Notes under the pieces: model-generated
What the model was told of the DNA's origin: nothing
What the model saw: the letters and a program-made list of their open reading frames with translations, nothing else
Database searches by the model: none
IMG/VR virus record: IMGVR_UViG_2684623059_000002
From: a virus
Taxonomy: Duplodnaviria; Heunggongvirae; Uroviricota; Caudoviricetes
Length of the DNA stretch: 45,162 nt
Strand: one strand, 5' to 3'
Part shown: positions 27,193-38,849 of the stretch, piece by piece
Layout: each line of letters begins with the position of its first letter
How positions within the stretch are numbered: the first letter of the stretch is position 1
Translations under genes and position numbers: made by a program

Positions 27193-27206
27193 ATGCAGGG
27201 TGAATT

Positions 27207-27782
27207 ATGGCGATAAAAGGGCTTGATCAGGCGATTGAAAATCTGAGCCGGGTTCGTAAAAACGCCATTCCGTCGGCTTCAGCAATGGCTATTAACCGCG
27301 TGGCTACAACGGCGATTAATCAGTCTTCATCACAGGTTGCCCGGGAGACCAGGGTGAGCCGGAAACTGGTAAAGGAACGGTCCAGACTGAAACGGGCGAC
27401 GGTCAGAAATCCGAATGCCAAAATTATCGTTAACCGCGGTGATCTCCCTGCTATTAAGCTGGGGATCAGGATGCTTGGTCATCGTCCGAACAGCATACTT
27501 AAAGCCGGTCAGCATCGTTATCAGCGGGCATTCATCCAGCGATTAAATAATGGGCGCTGGCATGTTATGCAACGTTTGCCAGAAGCCCGGTATGCGAAGG
27601 GCAATGACGATAAAGGAAGGAAAAAGCGTAATCGTCTTCCCATTCAGGTGGTTAAAATTCCGATGGCGGCCCCACTGAAGCAGGCTTTTGATGAGAACGT
27701 TAACCGTATCCGGCGAGAACGTCTGCCAAAAGAACTGGGCTATGCGTTGAAACAACAACTAAGGATTGTGATAAAGCGATGA
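27207..27782 (+). CDS. Z: Tail completion protein Z
   Basis: MAIKGLDQA.ENLSR... and C-terminal RRERLPKELGYAL matches lambda gpZ. Confidence 0.9.
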   Translation: MAIKGLDQAIENLSRVRKNAIPSASAMAINRVATTAINQSSSQVARETRVSRKLVKERSRLKRATVRNPNAKIIVNRGDLPAIKLGIRMLGHRPNSILKAGQHRYQRAFIQRLNNGRWHVMQRLPEARYAKGNDDKGRKKRNRLPIQVVKIPMAAPLKQAFDENVNRIRRERLPKELGYALKQQLRIVIKR

Positions 27783-28174
27783 AACATACTGATATCCGTG
27801 CTGCAGTGCTGGATGCACTCGAGCAGCATGAACACGGGGCGACGCTGTTTGATGGTCGCCCCGCTGTTTTTGATGAGGCGGATTTTCCGGCAATTGCTGT
27901 TTATCTCACCGGCGCTGAATACACGGGCGAAGCGCTGGACAGCGATACCTGGCAGGCGGAGCTGCATATTGAAGTTTTCCTGCCTGCTCAGGTGCCGGAT
28001 TCAGAGCTGGATTCGTGGATGGAAAGCCGGATTTATCCGGCGATGAGTGCGATCCCGGCACTGTCAGGCCTGATTACCACGATGGTTACGCAGGGCTATG
28101 AGTATCGTCGTGATGACGATATGGCGTTATGGAGTTCTGCTGATTTGACTTATTCCATTACATACGAGATGTGA
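27779..28174 (+). CDS. U: Tail terminator protein U
   Basis: Size and position; lambda-like sequence. Confidence 0.85.
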   Translation: MKHTDIRAAVLDALEQHEHGATLFDGRPAVFDEADFPAIAVYLTGAEYTGEALDSDTWQAELHIEVFLPAQVPDSELDSWMESRIYPAMSAIPALSGLITTMVTQGYEYRRDDDMALWSSADLTYSITYEM

Positions 28175-28181
28175 GGATGAT

Positions 28182-28934
28182 ATGCCAACACCAAATCCTC
28201 TGGCACCGGTAAAAGGTGCCGGTACCACCCTGTGGGTTTATAACGGTCAGGGTGATGCCTATGCAAACCCGTTGTCAGACGATAACTGGCAGCGACTGGC
28301 ACATGTAAAGGATCTGACGCCGGGCGAGATGACGGCAGAACCCTACGATGATAACTACCTGGATGATGAAGACGCGGACTGGACTGCGACCGGGCAGGGG
28401 CAGAAGTCTGCAGGAGATACCAGTTTTACGCTGGCCTGGAAACCGGGAGAAGAAGGTCAGAAAGGGCTTATAGGCTGGTTTGAAAGCGGGGATGTGCGGG
28501 CCTATAAAATCCGTTTCCCGAACGGCACGGTGGATGTGTTCCGTGGCTGGGTCAGCAGTATCGGTAAGGCCGTAACGGCGAAGGAAGTGATCACCCGTAC
28601 GGTGAAAGTGACCAACGTGGGTAAACCTTCTGTGGCGGAAGAACGCAGCGAAATTACGCCGGTCACTGCGATTAAGGTGACGCCGACATCCGGTACGGTG
28701 GCAAAAGGGAAAACAACAACCCTGACGGTTTCTTTTGAGCCGGAAAGTGCAACCGACAAAACGTTCAGAGCGGTTTCCGCCGATCCGTCAACGGGAACCA
28801 TTGCTGTGAAAGATATGGCGATCACTGTGACGGGGGTTAAGGCTGGAAAAGTGAGTATCCCCGTGATTTCCGGTAATGGTCAGTTTGCCACGGTAGCTGA
28901 AGTCACCGTTACTGAAGCGGGCGCTGCAGGGTAA
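28182..28934 (+). CDS. V: Major tail protein V with C-terminal Ig-like (Big_2) domain
   Basis: Lambda V-like N-terminal domain and C-terminal Ig-like segment. Confidence 0.9.
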   Translation: MPTPNPLAPVKGAGTTLWVYNGQGDAYANPLSDDNWQRLAHVKDLTPGEMTAEPYDDNYLDDEDADWTATGQGQKSAGDTSFTLAWKPGEEGQKGLIGWFESGDVRAYKIRFPNGTVDVFRGWVSSIGKAVTAKEVITRTVKVTNVGKPSVAEERSEITPVTAIKVTPTSGTVAKGKTTTLTVSFEPESATDKTFRAVSADPSTGTIAVKDMAITVTGVKAGKVSIPVISGNGQFATVAEVTVTEAGAAG

Positions 28935-28947
28935 ACGGAGGTAATAC

Positions 28948-29379
28948 ATGTTTCTGAAAACCGAACAATTTGAATATAACGGTGTGTCCGTCACGCTTTC
29001 CGAGCTGTCTGCGCTGCAGCGTATCGAGCATCTTGCCCTGCTGAAACGACGGGCAGAACAGGCTGAAGCCAGCGGTAACCTGCAGGTGAGCGTGGAAGAC
29101 CTTGTCAGAACCGGCGCGTTTCTGGTGGCGATGTCCCTGTGGCATAACCATCCACAGAAAACGGAGTCACCATCAATGAATGAGGCTGTGATGCAGATCG
29201 AACAGGAGGTGCTCACCACCTGGCCTGCTGATGCCATTGCCCGGGCGGAAGACGTGGTGTTGCGTCTGTCCGGGATGAGCGGGGCTGTTCATGTGGATAC
29301 GGATATCACCGAAGTGGCGAAAAATAACGCGCTTACTGATGATGATTTTTCTGCGGGAAAGTCTTCGACGGCGAGCTGA
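28948..29379 (+). CDS. G: Tail assembly chaperone G
   Basis: Position; ends just after the GGGAAAG slippery heptamer. Confidence 0.9.
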   Translation: MFLKTEQFEYNGVSVTLSELSALQRIEHLALLKRRAEQAEASGNLQVSVEDLVRTGAFLVAMSLWHNHPQKTESPSMNEAVMQIEQEVLTTWPADAIARAEDVVLRLSGMSGAVHVDTDITEVAKNNALTDDDFSAGKSSTAS

Positions 29380-29819
29380 ATTTTGCCCTCAGACTGGCGC
29401 GAGAGATGGGGCGACCCGACTGGCGCGCCATGCTTGCCGGGATGACATCCACCGAATATGCCGACTGGCGACATTTTTACCGCACGCATTATTTTCAGGA
29501 TACCCAACTGGATATGCATTTTTCCGGGCTGATGTACGCTGTACTCAGCCTGTTTTTTTGCGATCCGGATATGCATCCCTCTGATTTCAGTCTGCTTGTC
29601 CCCCGGCATGAGGAAGAGCAGGTGGAGAGGCTGGATGAGGACAAAATGCTGATGCAGAAAGCGGCAGGACTTGCCGGAGGCGTCCGGTTCGGTGGGGACG
29701 GAGGGGGCGATATTTTATCGTCTGCGGATGTGGCGGATGTCATGGTGGATGATGCTGCATTAATGATGGCTTCAGCGGGGATTCCAGGAGGTGTGAGATA
29801 TGTCCCAGCCGATTGGTGA
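28948..29819 (+). CDS. T: Tail assembly protein G-T produced by programmed -1 ribosomal frameshift at G GGA AAG (29355-29361)
   Basis: Slippery heptamer identical to lambda; downstream ORF (29406..29819) lies in the -1 frame relative to G. Confidence 0.8.
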
Positions 29820-32373
29820 TCTTATTATTGACCTGAGTCTGGATGCGGTCCGTTTCGATGAGCAGATGAGCCGGGTAAGGCGTCATTTTTCAGGACTGGA
29901 TACTGACGCCAGAAAAACCGCCACTGCTGTTGAACAGGGGCTGAGCCGTCAGGCGCTGGCTGCGCAAAAAGCCGGGATTTCCGTCGGACAGTATAAAGCG
30001 GCCATGCGCACCCTGCCCGCACAGTTTACGGATATCGCCACGCAGCTTGCCGGTGGTCAGAATCCCTGGCTGATCCTGCTGCAACAGGGCGGTCAGGTGA
30101 AGGACTCCTTCGGCGGGATGATCCCCATGCTCAGGGGGCTTGCCGGTGCGATCACCCTGCCGATGGTCGGGGTCACCTCGCTGGCGGTGGCGACAGGTGC
30201 GCTGGCGTACGCCTGGTACCAGGGGGATTCCACGCTTTCAGCGTTTAATAAAACCCTGGTTCTTTCCGGTAATCAGTCCGGACTGACTGCCGATCGCATG
30301 TTGACGCTCTCCAGAGTCGGACAGGCCGCAGGGCTGACGTTTAACCAGGCGAGTGAGTCACTGGCAGCCCTGGTGAATGCCGGTGTGCGTGGTGGTGAAC
30401 AGTTTGATGCGATCAACCAGAGTGTTGCGCGTTTTGCGTCTGCATCCGGTGTGGAGGTGGATAAAGTCGCTGAAGCCTTCGGGAAGCTGACCACTGATCC
30501 GACGTCGGGACTGATGGCGATGGCGCGCCAGTTCCGTAACGTGACGGCAGAGCAGATTGCGTATGTTGCACAGCTGCAGCGTTCCGGTGATGAGGCCGGA
30601 GCCTTACAGGCGGCGAACGATATCGCCACGAAAGGCTTTGATGAGCAGACCCGCCGTCTGAAAGAAAACATGGGGACGCTGGAGACCTGGGCGGATAAAA
30701 CAGGGAAGGCGTTCAAATCGATGTGGGATGCCATTCTGGATATCGGTCGTCCGGAATCCTCAGCGGATATGCTCGCCAGTGCGCAGAAGGCATTCGATGA
30801 GGCGGATAAAAAATGGCAGTGGTACCAGAGCCGGAGCCAGCGTCGGGGAAAGACCGCCTCTTTCCGTGCCAACCTTCAGGGCGCATGGGATGACCGTGAA
30901 AATGCCCGTCTGGGGCTGGCGGCGGCAACACTGCAGTCGGATATGGAAAAAGCCGGTGAACTGGCGGCAAGGGATAAGGCTGAGCGTGACGCGTCACAGC
31001 TGAAATATACCGAAGAGGCACAGAAGGCGTATGAACGGATGCTGTCGCCGCTGGAGAAATATACCGCCCGTCAGGAAGAACTGAATAAGGCCCTGAAAGA
31101 CGGAAAAATCCTGCAGGCGGATTACAACACGCTGATGGCGTCGGCAAAAAAGGATTATGAGTCGACGCTGAAAAAGCCGTCCGGTGTGAAGGTTTCAGTC
31201 GGTGAGCGCCAGGAAGACCGGGCACATGCAGCTATGCTGGCGCTTGAAACCGAGCTCAGGACGCTGGAAAAACACAGCGGTGTGAATGAGAAAATCAGCC
31301 AGCAGCGCCGGGATTTATGGAAAGCGGAAAATCAGTATGCGGTCCTTAAAGAGGCTGCCACGAAACGGCAGTTATCTGAGCAGGAAAAATCCCTGCTGGC
31401 CCATGAGAAAGAGACGCTGGAGTACAAACGCCAGCTGGCTGAGCTGGGCGACAAGGTGGAACACCAGAAACGGCTGAATGAGCTGGCGCAGCAGGCGGCG
31501 CGGTTTGAACAGCAGCAAAGCGCGAAGCAGGCGGCAATCAGCGCAAAAGCCCGCAGTCTCACCGACCGTCAGGCGCAGCGCGAGTCGGAAGAGCAGCGGC
31601 TTCGTGACGTGTACGGTGATAATCCGGCTGTGCTGGCGAAGGCCACATCTGCACTGAAGAACACCTGGTCTGCGGAGGAGCAGCTTCGTGGAAGCTGGAT
31701 GGCTGGCCTGAAGTCCGGCTGGAGCGAGTGGAAAGAGAGTGCCACGGACAGTATGTCGCAGGTTAAAAGTGTTGCCACGCAGACCTTTGATGGTATTGCG
31801 CAGAATATGGCGGCGATGCTGACCGGCAGTGAGCAGAACTGGCGCAGCTTCACCCGTTCCGTGCTGTCCATGCTGACAGAAATTCTGCTTAAGCAGGCAA
31901 TGGTGGGGATTGTCGGGAGTATCGGCAGCGCCATTGGCGGAGCTGTTGGTGGCGGTGCATCAGCGTCAGGCGGTACAGCCATTCAGGCTGCTGCGGCGAA
32001 ATTCCATTTTGCGACCGGAGGTTTTACGGGGACCGGCGGCAAATATGAGCCAGCGGGGATTGTTCACCGTGGTGAATTTGTCTTCACGAAGGAGGCAACC
32101 AGCCGGATTGGCGTGGGAAATCTCTACCGGCTGATGCGCGGCTATGCCACCGGTGGTTATGTCGGTACACCGGGCAGTCTGGCGGACAGCCGGTCGCAGG
32201 CGTCCGGGAAGTTTGAGCAGAATAACCATGTGGTGATTAACAACGACGGCACGAACGGGCAGATAGGTCCGGCTGCTCTGAAGGCGGTGTATGACATGGC
32301 CCGCAAGGGTGCCCGTGATGAAATTCAGACACAGATGCGTGATGGTGGCCTGTTCTCCGGAGGTGGACGATGA
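29800..32373 (+). CDS. H: Tail tape measure protein H
   Basis: 857-aa coiled-coil-rich ORF in H position. Confidence 0.9.
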   Translation: MSQPIGDLIIDLSLDAVRFDEQMSRVRRHFSGLDTDARKTATAVEQGLSRQALAAQKAGISVGQYKAAMRTLPAQFTDIATQLAGGQNPWLILLQQGGQVKDSFGGMIPMLRGLAGAITLPMVGVTSLAVATGALAYAWYQGDSTLSAFNKTLVLSGNQSGLTADRMLTLSRVGQAAGLTFNQASESLAALVNAGVRGGEQFDAINQSVARFASASGVEVDKVAEAFGKLTTDPTSGLMAMARQFRNVTAEQIAYVAQLQRSGDEAGALQAANDIATKGFDEQTRRLKENMGTLETWADKTGKAFKSMWDAILDIGRPESSADMLASAQKAFDEADKKWQWYQSRSQRRGKTASFRANLQGAWDDRENARLGLAAATLQSDMEKAGELAARDKAERDASQLKYTEEAQKAYERMLSPLEKYTARQEELNKALKDGKILQADYNTLMASAKKDYESTLKKPSGVKVSVGERQEDRAHAAMLALETELRTLEKHSGVNEKISQQRRDLWKAENQYAVLKEAATKRQLSEQEKSLLAHEKETLEYKRQLAELGDKVEHQKRLNELAQQAARFEQQQSAKQAAISAKARSLTDRQAQRESEEQRLRDVYGDNPAVLAKATSALKNTWSAEEQLRGSWMAGLKSGWSEWKESATDSMSQVKSVATQTFDGIAQNMAAMLTGSEQNWRSFTRSVLSMLTEILLKQAMVGIVGSIGSAIGGAVGGGASASGGTAIQAAAAKFHFATGGFTGTGGKYEPAGIVHRGEFVFTKEATSRIGVGNLYRLMRGYATGGYVGTPGSLADSRSQASGKFEQNNHVVINNDGTNGQIGPAALKAVYDMARKGARDEIQTQMRDGGLFSGGGR

Positions 32374-32699
32374 AAACCTTCCGCTGGAAAGTGAAACCCG
32401 GTATGGATGTGGCTTCGGCCCCTTCCGTAAGAAAGGTGCGCTTTGGTGATGGCTATTCCCAGCGAGCGCCTGCCGGGCTGAATTCCAACCTGAAAACGTA
32501 CAGCGTGACGTTTTCTGTTCCCCGTTGGGAGGCCACGGCGCTGGAGTCGTTTCTGGCTGAGCATGGGGGCTGGAAAGCCTTTCTGTGGACGCCGCCTTAT
32601 GAGTGGCGGCAGATAAAGGTGACCTGCGCAAAATGGTCGTCGCGGGTCAGTATGCTGCGTGTTGAGTTCAGCGCAGAGTTTGAACAGGTGGTGAACTGA
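32370..32699 (+). CDS. M: Minor tail protein M
   Basis: 109-aa ORF with lambda gpM-like sequence. Confidence 0.9.
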   Translation: MKTFRWKVKPGMDVASAPSVRKVRFGDGYSQRAPAGLNSNLKTYSVTFSVPRWEATALESFLAEHGGWKAFLWTPPYEWRQIKVTCAKWSSRVSMLRVEFSAEFEQVVN

Positions 32700-33397
32700 T
32701 GCAGGATATCCGGCAGGAAACACTGAATGAATGCACCCGTGCGGAGCAGTCGGCCAGCGTGGTGCTCTGGGAAATCGACCTGACAGAGGTCGGTGGAGAA
32801 CGTTATTTTTTCTGCAATGAGCAGAACGAAAAAGGTGAGCCGGTCACCTGGCAGGGGCGACAGTATCAGCCGTATCCCATTCAGGGGAGTGGTTTTGAAC
32901 TGAATGGCAAAGGCACCAGTACGCGCCCCACGCTGACGGTTTCTAACCTGTACGGTATGGTCACCGGCATGGTGGAAGATATGCAGAGTCTGGTCGGCGG
33001 AACGGTGGTTCGGCGTAAGGTTTACGCCCGTTTTCTGGATGCGGTGAACTTCGTCAACGGAAACATCGAGGCAGACCCGGAGCAGGAGGTGATCAGCCGC
33101 TGGCGCATCGAGCAGTGCAGCGAACTGAGCGCGGTGAGTGCCTCCTTTGTACTGTCCACGCCGACAGAAACGGATGGCGCTGTTTTTCCGGGGCGTATCA
33201 TGCTGGCCAACACCTGCACCTGGACCTATCGCGGTGATGAGTGCGGTTATCACGGTCCGGCGGTCGCGGATGAATATGACCAGCCGACGTCCGATATCAC
33301 GAAGGATAAATGCAGCAAATGCCTGAGTGGCTGTAAGTTTCGCAATAACGTCGGCAACTTTGGCGGCTTCCTTTCCATTAACAAACTTTCGCAGTAA
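32699..33397 (+). CDS. L: Minor tail protein L
   Basis: 232-aa ORF with conserved Cys cluster near C-terminus as in lambda gpL. Confidence 0.9.
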   Translation: MQDIRQETLNECTRAEQSASVVLWEIDLTEVGGERYFFCNEQNEKGEPVTWQGRQYQPYPIQGSGFELNGKGTSTRPTLTVSNLYGMVTGMVEDMQSLVGGTVVRRKVYARFLDAVNFVNGNIEADPEQEVISRWRIEQCSELSAVSASFVLSTPTETDGAVFPGRIMLANTCTWTYRGDECGYHGPAVADEYDQPTSDITKDKCSKCLSGCKFRNNVGNFGGFLSINKLSQ

Positions 33398-33402
33398 ATC
33401 CC

Positions 33403-34146
33403 ATGACAGAGACAGAATCAGCGATTCTGGCGCACGCCCGGCGATGTGCGCCAGCGGAGTCGTGTGGCTTCGTGGTAAGCACGCCGGAGGGGGAAAGATA
33501 TTTCCCCTGCGTGAATATCTCCGGTGAGCCGGAGGCGTATTTCCGTATGTCGCCGGAAGACTGGCTGCAGGCAGAGATGCAGGGTGAGATTGTGGCGCTG
33601 GTCCACAGCCACCCCGGTGGTCTGCCCTGGCTGAGTGAGGCCGACCGGCGGCTGCAGGTGCAGAGTGATTTGCCGTGGTGGCTGGTCTGCCGGGGTGAGA
33701 TTCATAAATTCCGCTGTGTGCCGCATCTCACCGGGCGGCGCTTTGAGCACGGGGTGACGGACTGTTACACGCTGTTCCGGGATGCTTATCATCTGGCGGG
33801 GATTGAGATGCCGAATTTTCATCGCGGGGATGACTGGTGGCGTCACGGTCAGAATCTCTATCTGGATAATCTGGAGGCCACAGGGCTGTATCAGGTGCCG
33901 TTGTCATCAGCACAACCGGGCGATGTGCTGCTGTGCTGTTTTGGTTCATCGGTGCCGAATCATGCCGCCATTTACTGTGGTGACGGCGAGCTGCTGCACC
34001 ATATTCCTGAACAACTGAGCAAACGAGAGAGGTATACCGAAAAATGGCAGCGACGCACACACTCCCTCTGGCGTCACCGGGCATGGCGCGCATCTGCCTT
34101 TACGGGGATTTACAACGATTTGGCCGCCGCATCGACCTTCGTGTGA
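33403..34146 (+). CDS. K: Tail assembly protein K (MPN/JAB plus NlpC/P60 domains)
   Basis: HSHP JAB-like motif and NlpC/P60-like C-terminal half. Confidence 0.9.
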   Translation: MTETESAILAHARRCAPAESCGFVVSTPEGERYFPCVNISGEPEAYFRMSPEDWLQAEMQGEIVALVHSHPGGLPWLSEADRRLQVQSDLPWWLVCRGEIHKFRCVPHLTGRRFEHGVTDCYTLFRDAYHLAGIEMPNFHRGDDWWRHGQNLYLDNLEATGLYQVPLSSAQPGDVLLCCFGSSVPNHAAIYCGDGELLHHIPEQLSKRERYTEKWQRRTHSLWRHRAWRASAFTGIYNDLAAASTFV

Positions 34147-34685
34147 AAACGGGGGCTGAAGCCATCCGGGCGCTGGCCACACAGCTCCCGGCGTTTCGTC
34201 AGAAACTGAGCGACGGCTGGTATCAGGTACGCATTGCCGGGCGTGATACAGGTGAAACTGAATTATCAGCCCGTCTTAATGAACCGCTGGCAAATGGTGC
34301 CGTGATCCATATTGTGCCGCGCCTGGCGGGAGCCAAAAGTGGCGGCGTGTTTCAGGCCGTGCTGGGCGCAGCTGTTATGGCGGTTGCTATATGGATGCCT
34401 GGGGTGGGAATTATGACAAGTAATCTGCTGTTTTCTCTCGGTGCCAGTATGACGCTTGGCGGTGTGGCCCAGATGCTGGCACCCAGACCCAAAACTCCCC
34501 GAACACAGACAACGAATAACGGTAAGCAGAACACGTATTTCTCCTCTCTGGATAACCTGGTTGCCCAGGGCAATGTTCTGCCCGTTCTGTACGGTGAACT
34601 GCGAGTGGGGTCACGTGTTGTCTCTCAGGAGATCAGCACGGCAGATGAAGGGGATGGTGGTCAGGTTGTGGTTATTGGTCGCTGA
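34044..34685 (+). CDS. I: Tail assembly protein I
   Basis: Overlaps K 3' end as in lambda; hydrophobic central segment. Confidence 0.85.
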   Translation: MAATHTLPLASPGMARICLYGDLQRFGRRIDLRVKTGAEAIRALATQLPAFRQKLSDGWYQVRIAGRDTGETELSARLNEPLANGAVIHIVPRLAGAKSGGVFQAVLGAAVMAVAIWMPGVGIMTSNLLFSLGASMTLGGVAQMLAPRPKTPRTQTTNNGKQNTYFSSLDNLVAQGNVLPVLYGELRVGSRVVSQEISTADEGDGGQVVVIGR

Positions 34686-34727
34686 TAATCACCGCCAGCT
34701 ATGACGGTGATTGCTTTAGGCTGTTTG

Positions 34728-35249
34728 TTATTTAATTATTCCGCATGCCAGTCTTGCGCCTCCCCCCCCCAGAGGAGCAGGTGAATCGGAATGATTATCC
34801 CCTCCGGCATGAATCATGATCGCCCGTTCTTTTATCTGGCTTATTTTTTTTATTTTTGGACTCAGAACCGGGTTTTCTGCATTTCCTTCTGAGTTGACAT
34901 AGAGTGCTGGTAGATCACCCAGATGGCCCTCCGGATTGTACGGCCCAAGATGTTTATTTGTTTGTTCAGGATCATAATGCCCACCGGCAGCAAGAGCTGG
35001 CACTTTTTTTCCATTAATCAGACCGGGATCACAACTGGCATTTTCATGGATATGAAAGCCATGTAACCCTGGTGGCAGTTCTTTCAGATGAGGAGTGAAC
35101 AGCAATCCGTAGCTGGTTTCTGAAATAGTTATTTCCCCTATATTTTTCCCTACTCCTTCTGAGGAAACGAGATTTACAGGGATCGTCATTGTATCAGCCA
35201 TTACGGCTCCACTAAGTAGCGCAGTTACAGCAAGTATTTTTTTTATCAT
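34728..35249 (-). CDS. sodC: Periplasmic Cu,Zn superoxide dismutase (SodC) moron
   Basis: Signal peptide plus Cu/Zn-SOD motifs (GFHIHE..., GGGGARLACGII); located between I and J on the opposite strand. Confidence 0.9.
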   Translation of the reverse strand: MIKKILAVTALLSGAVMADTMTIPVNLVSSEGVGKNIGEITISETSYGLLFTPHLKELPPGLHGFHIHENASCDPGLINGKKVPALAAGGHYDPEQTNKHLGPYNPEGHLGDLPALYVNSEGNAENPVLSPKIKKISQIKERAIMIHAGGDNHSDSPAPLGGGGARLACGIIK

Positions 35250-35382
35250 AAATACCCCGTCATTTCGTGTTGTTAATCAAGGTGATTTAAGTTTTAACAA
35301 ATGAAATACAACAGATGCATTTTTGTTGCAAGCGGTCGTTATATGGTTCGCATAAAATTGATTACTGTTTCGGGAATTATCT

Positions 35383-38300
35383 ATGGGTAAAGGTGGCAGT
35401 AAGGGGCATACCCCGCGCGAAGTGAAGGACAACCTGAAATCATCCCAGCTGCTGAGCGTGATAGACGCCATCAGTGAAGGACCGATTGAAGGTCCGGTGG
35501 ATGGATTAAAAAGTGTGCTGCTGAACAGTACGCCAGTGCTGGACAGTGAGGGGAATACCAATATCTCCGGTGTCACGGTGGTGTTCCGGGCAGGTGAGCA
35601 GGAGCAGACACCGCCGGAGGGATTTGAATCCTCCGGCTCCGAGACGGTGCTGGGTACGGAGGTGAAGTACGACACGCCGATTACCCGGACCATCACATCG
35701 GCAAACATCGACCGTCTGCGCTTTACCTTCGGTGTGCAGGCACTGGTGGAAACCACTTCAAAGGGGGACCGGAATCCGTCGGAAGTTCGCCTGCTGGTTC
35801 AGATACAACGTAATGGTGGCTGGGTGACGGAAAAAGACATCACCATTAAGGGCAAAACCACCTCGCAGTATCTGGCCTCGGTGGTGGTGGGTAACCTGCC
35901 GCCGCGCCCGTTTAATATCCGGATGCGCAGGATGACGCCGGACAGCACCACAGACCAGCTGCAGAACAAAACGCTCTGGTCGTCATACACCGAAATCATC
36001 GATGTGCAACAGTGCTACCCGAACACGGCACTGGTCGGCGTGCAGGTGGACTCGGAACAGTTCGGCAGTCAGCAGGTGAGCCGTAATTATCATCTTCGCG
36101 GGCGCATTCTGCAGGTGCCGTCGAACTATAACCCGCAGACGCGGCAATACAGCGGTATCTGGGACGGAACGTTTAAGCCAGCATACAGCAACAATATGGC
36201 CTGGTGTCTGTGGGATATGCTGACCCATCCGCGCTACGGCATGGGGAAGCGTCTCGGTGCGGCGGATGTGGACAAATGGGCGCTGTATGTCATCGGCCAG
36301 AATTGCGACCAGTCGGTGCCGGACGGCTTTGGCGGCACGGAGCCGCGCATCACCTGTAACGCTTACCTGACCACACAGCGCAAGGCGTGGGATGTGCTCA
36401 GTGATTTCTGCTCGGCGATGCGCTGTATGCCGGTATGGAACGGGCAGACGCTGACGTTCGTGCAGGACCGACAGTCGGATAAGGTGTGGACCTATAACCG
36501 CAGTAATGTGGTGATGCCGGATGATGGCGCGCCGTTCCGCTACAGCTTCAGCGCCCTGAAGGACCGCCATAACGCCGTTGAGGTGAACTGGATTGACCCG
36601 GACAACGGCTGGGAGACGGCGACAGAGCTGGTTGAAGACACGCAGGCCATTGCCCGTTACGGTCGTAACGTCACGAAGATGGATGCCTTTGGCTGTACCA
36701 GCCGGGGGCAGGCGCACCGCGCCGGGCTGTGGCTGATTAAAACGGAACTGCTGGAAACGCAGACCGTGGACTTCAGCGTGGGTGCAGAAGGGCTTCGCCA
36801 TGTGCCGGGAGACGTCATTGAAATCTGCGATGATGACTATGCGGGTATCAGCATCGGTGGTCGCGTGCTGGCGGTGAACAGCCAGACCCGGACGCTGACG
36901 CTCGACCGTGAAATCACGCTGCCAGCCTCCGGCACCACACTGATAAGCCTGGTCGACGGGACGGGGAGTCCGGTCAGCGTGGAGGTCCAGTCCGTCACCG
37001 ACGGCGTGCAGGTGAAAGTGAACCGTATCCCTGACGGCGTTGCCGGATACAGCGTGTGGGGGCTGAAGCTGCCGACGCTGCGCCAGCGCCTGTTCCGCTG
37101 TGTGAGTATCCGTGAGAACGATGACGGCACGTATGCCATCACTGCCGTGCAGCATGTACCGGAAAAAGAAGCCATCGTGGATAACGGGGCGCACTTTGAC
37201 GGCGACCAGAGCGGCACGGTGAACGGTGTCACGCCGCCAGCGGTGCAGCACCTGACCGCCGAAGTTTCGGCAGACAGCGGGGAATATCAGGTACTGGCGC
37301 GCTGGGACACGCCGAAGGTGGTGAAGGGGGTGAGCTTTATGCTTCGCCTGACTGTGGCAGCAGACGACGGCAGTGAGCGGCTGGTCAGCACGGCCAGGAC
37401 GACGGAAACCACATACCGCTTCACGCAACTGGCGCCAGGGAACTACAGGCTGACAGTCCGGGCGGTAAATGCGTGGGGACAGCAGGGCGACCCGGCGTCG
37501 GTATCGTTCAGGATTGCCGCACCGGCAGCGCCGTCACAGATTGAGCTGACGCCGGGCTATTTTCAGATAACCGCCACGCCGCATCTTGCGGTTTATGACC
37601 CGACGGTACAGTTTGAGTTCTGGTTTTCGGAAAAGCGGATTACCGATATCAGGCAGGTTGAAACCACAGCCCGCTATCTTGGCACGGGGATGTACTGGAT
37701 AGCCGCCAGTATCAATATCAAACCGGGCCATGATTATTACTTTTATATCCGCAGCGTGAACACCGTTGGTAAATCGGCATTCGTGGAGGCTGTCGGTCAG
37801 GCGAGCGATGATGCGGAAGGTTACCTGGATTTTTTCAAAGGCAAGATAACCGAATCTCATCTCGGCAAGGAGCTGCTGGAAAAAGTCGAGCTGACGGAGG
37901 ATAACGCCAGCAAACTGGAGGAGTTTTCGAAAGAGTGGAAGGATGTCAACGATAAATGGAATGCCATGTGGGCTGTCAAAATTGAGCAGACCAAAGACGG
38001 CAAACATTATGTCGCGGGTATTGGCCTCAGTATGGAGGACACGCCGGAAGGCAAGCTGAGCCAGTTTCTGGTTGCCGCTAACCGTATTGCGTTTATTGAT
38101 CCGTCTAATGGCAACACACGACCAATGTTTGTTGGTCAGGGCGATCAGATATTCATGAACGACGTGTTCCTGAAGCGCCTGACGGCCCCGACCATCACCA
38201 GCGGCGGCAATCCACCGGCATTTTCCCTGACACCGGACGGGCGGCTGACGGCGAAAAATGCTGATATCAGCGGTAACGTGAATGCGAACTCCGGGACGCT

Positions 38301-38796
38301 CAACAATGTCACGATTAACCAGAACTGTACGATTAAGGGCATGCTGGAGGCGACCCAGGTCAGAGGGGATTTCGTTAAAGCTGTATCAAAAGCCTTCCCG
38401 AAAAAAGTCGGTACGTGGGGTAACACGGAAACACCAGACGGTACGGTTACAGTCACCATCAGCGATGATCATAACTTTGACCGTCAAATCATTATTCCGC
38501 CCATTATTTTTAACGGTATAGCGTATACCGATCCGGGGAGCGGAAATAACCCCGGAGGCACGCGATACACGGGTTATGGTTTTGAAGTTCGCAAAAACGG
38601 CGTATTAATCGCATCCAGAGAAACTAAAGGGGCCATTCCCGGTAGTTACAGTGCGGTTATTGATATGCCGGGTGGCAGGGGAAGCGTCACTCTGGAGTTT
38701 AAGATTTTCCAGAAAGGGAATCAGGGGGCAGGCAATATCACCGACTGTACGGTGATTGTGACCAAAAAAGCGGCTTCCGGCATCAGTATCCGTTGA
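35383..38796 (+). CDS. J: Tail tip / host specificity protein J
   Basis: 1137-aa ORF collinear with lambda gpJ. Confidence 0.95.
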   Translation: MGKGGSKGHTPREVKDNLKSSQLLSVIDAISEGPIEGPVDGLKSVLLNSTPVLDSEGNTNISGVTVVFRAGEQEQTPPEGFESSGSETVLGTEVKYDTPITRTITSANIDRLRFTFGVQALVETTSKGDRNPSEVRLLVQIQRNGGWVTEKDITIKGKTTSQYLASVVVGNLPPRPFNIRMRRMTPDSTTDQLQNKTLWSSYTEIIDVQQCYPNTALVGVQVDSEQFGSQQVSRNYHLRGRILQVPSNYNPQTRQYSGIWDGTFKPAYSNNMAWCLWDMLTHPRYGMGKRLGAADVDKWALYVIGQNCDQSVPDGFGGTEPRITCNAYLTTQRKAWDVLSDFCSAMRCMPVWNGQTLTFVQDRQSDKVWTYNRSNVVMPDDGAPFRYSFSALKDRHNAVEVNWIDPDNGWETATELVEDTQAIARYGRNVTKMDAFGCTSRGQAHRAGLWLIKTELLETQTVDFSVGAEGLRHVPGDVIEICDDDYAGISIGGRVLAVNSQTRTLTLDREITLPASGTTLISLVDGTGSPVSVEVQSVTDGVQVKVNRIPDGVAGYSVWGLKLPTLRQRLFRCVSIRENDDGTYAITAVQHVPEKEAIVDNGAHFDGDQSGTVNGVTPPAVQHLTAEVSADSGEYQVLARWDTPKVVKGVSFMLRLTVAADDGSERLVSTARTTETTYRFTQLAPGNYRLTVRAVNAWGQQGDPASVSFRIAAPAAPSQIELTPGYFQITATPHLAVYDPTVQFEFWFSEKRITDIRQVETTARYLGTGMYWIAASINIKPGHDYYFYIRSVNTVGKSAFVEAVGQASDDAEGYLDFFKGKITESHLGKELLEKVELTEDNASKLEEFSKEWKDVNDKWNAMWAVKIEQTKDGKHYVAGIGLSMEDTPEGKLSQFLVAANRIAFIDPSNGNTRPMFVGQGDQIFMNDVFLKRLTAPTITSGGNPPAFSLTPDGRLTAKNADISGNVNANSGTLNNVTINQNCTIKGMLEATQVRGDFVKAVSKAFPKKVGTWGNTETPDGTVTVTISDDHNFDRQIIIPPIIFNGIAYTDPGSGNNPGGTRYTGYGFEVRKNGVLIASRETKGAIPGSYSAVIDMPGGRGSVTLEFKIFQKGNQGAGNITDCTVIVTKKAASGISIR

Positions 38797-38849
38797 AATA
38801 TTTATAACCCGTAACGGGCGCCAGAAATGGCGCCTTTTTTATTTGTGGA

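Noticed and set aside
35983-37428. 481-aa minus-strand ORF inside tail protein J
   Set aside because: Lies antisense within a highly conserved GC-rich gene; Arg/His/Ala-rich composition typical of shadow ORFs
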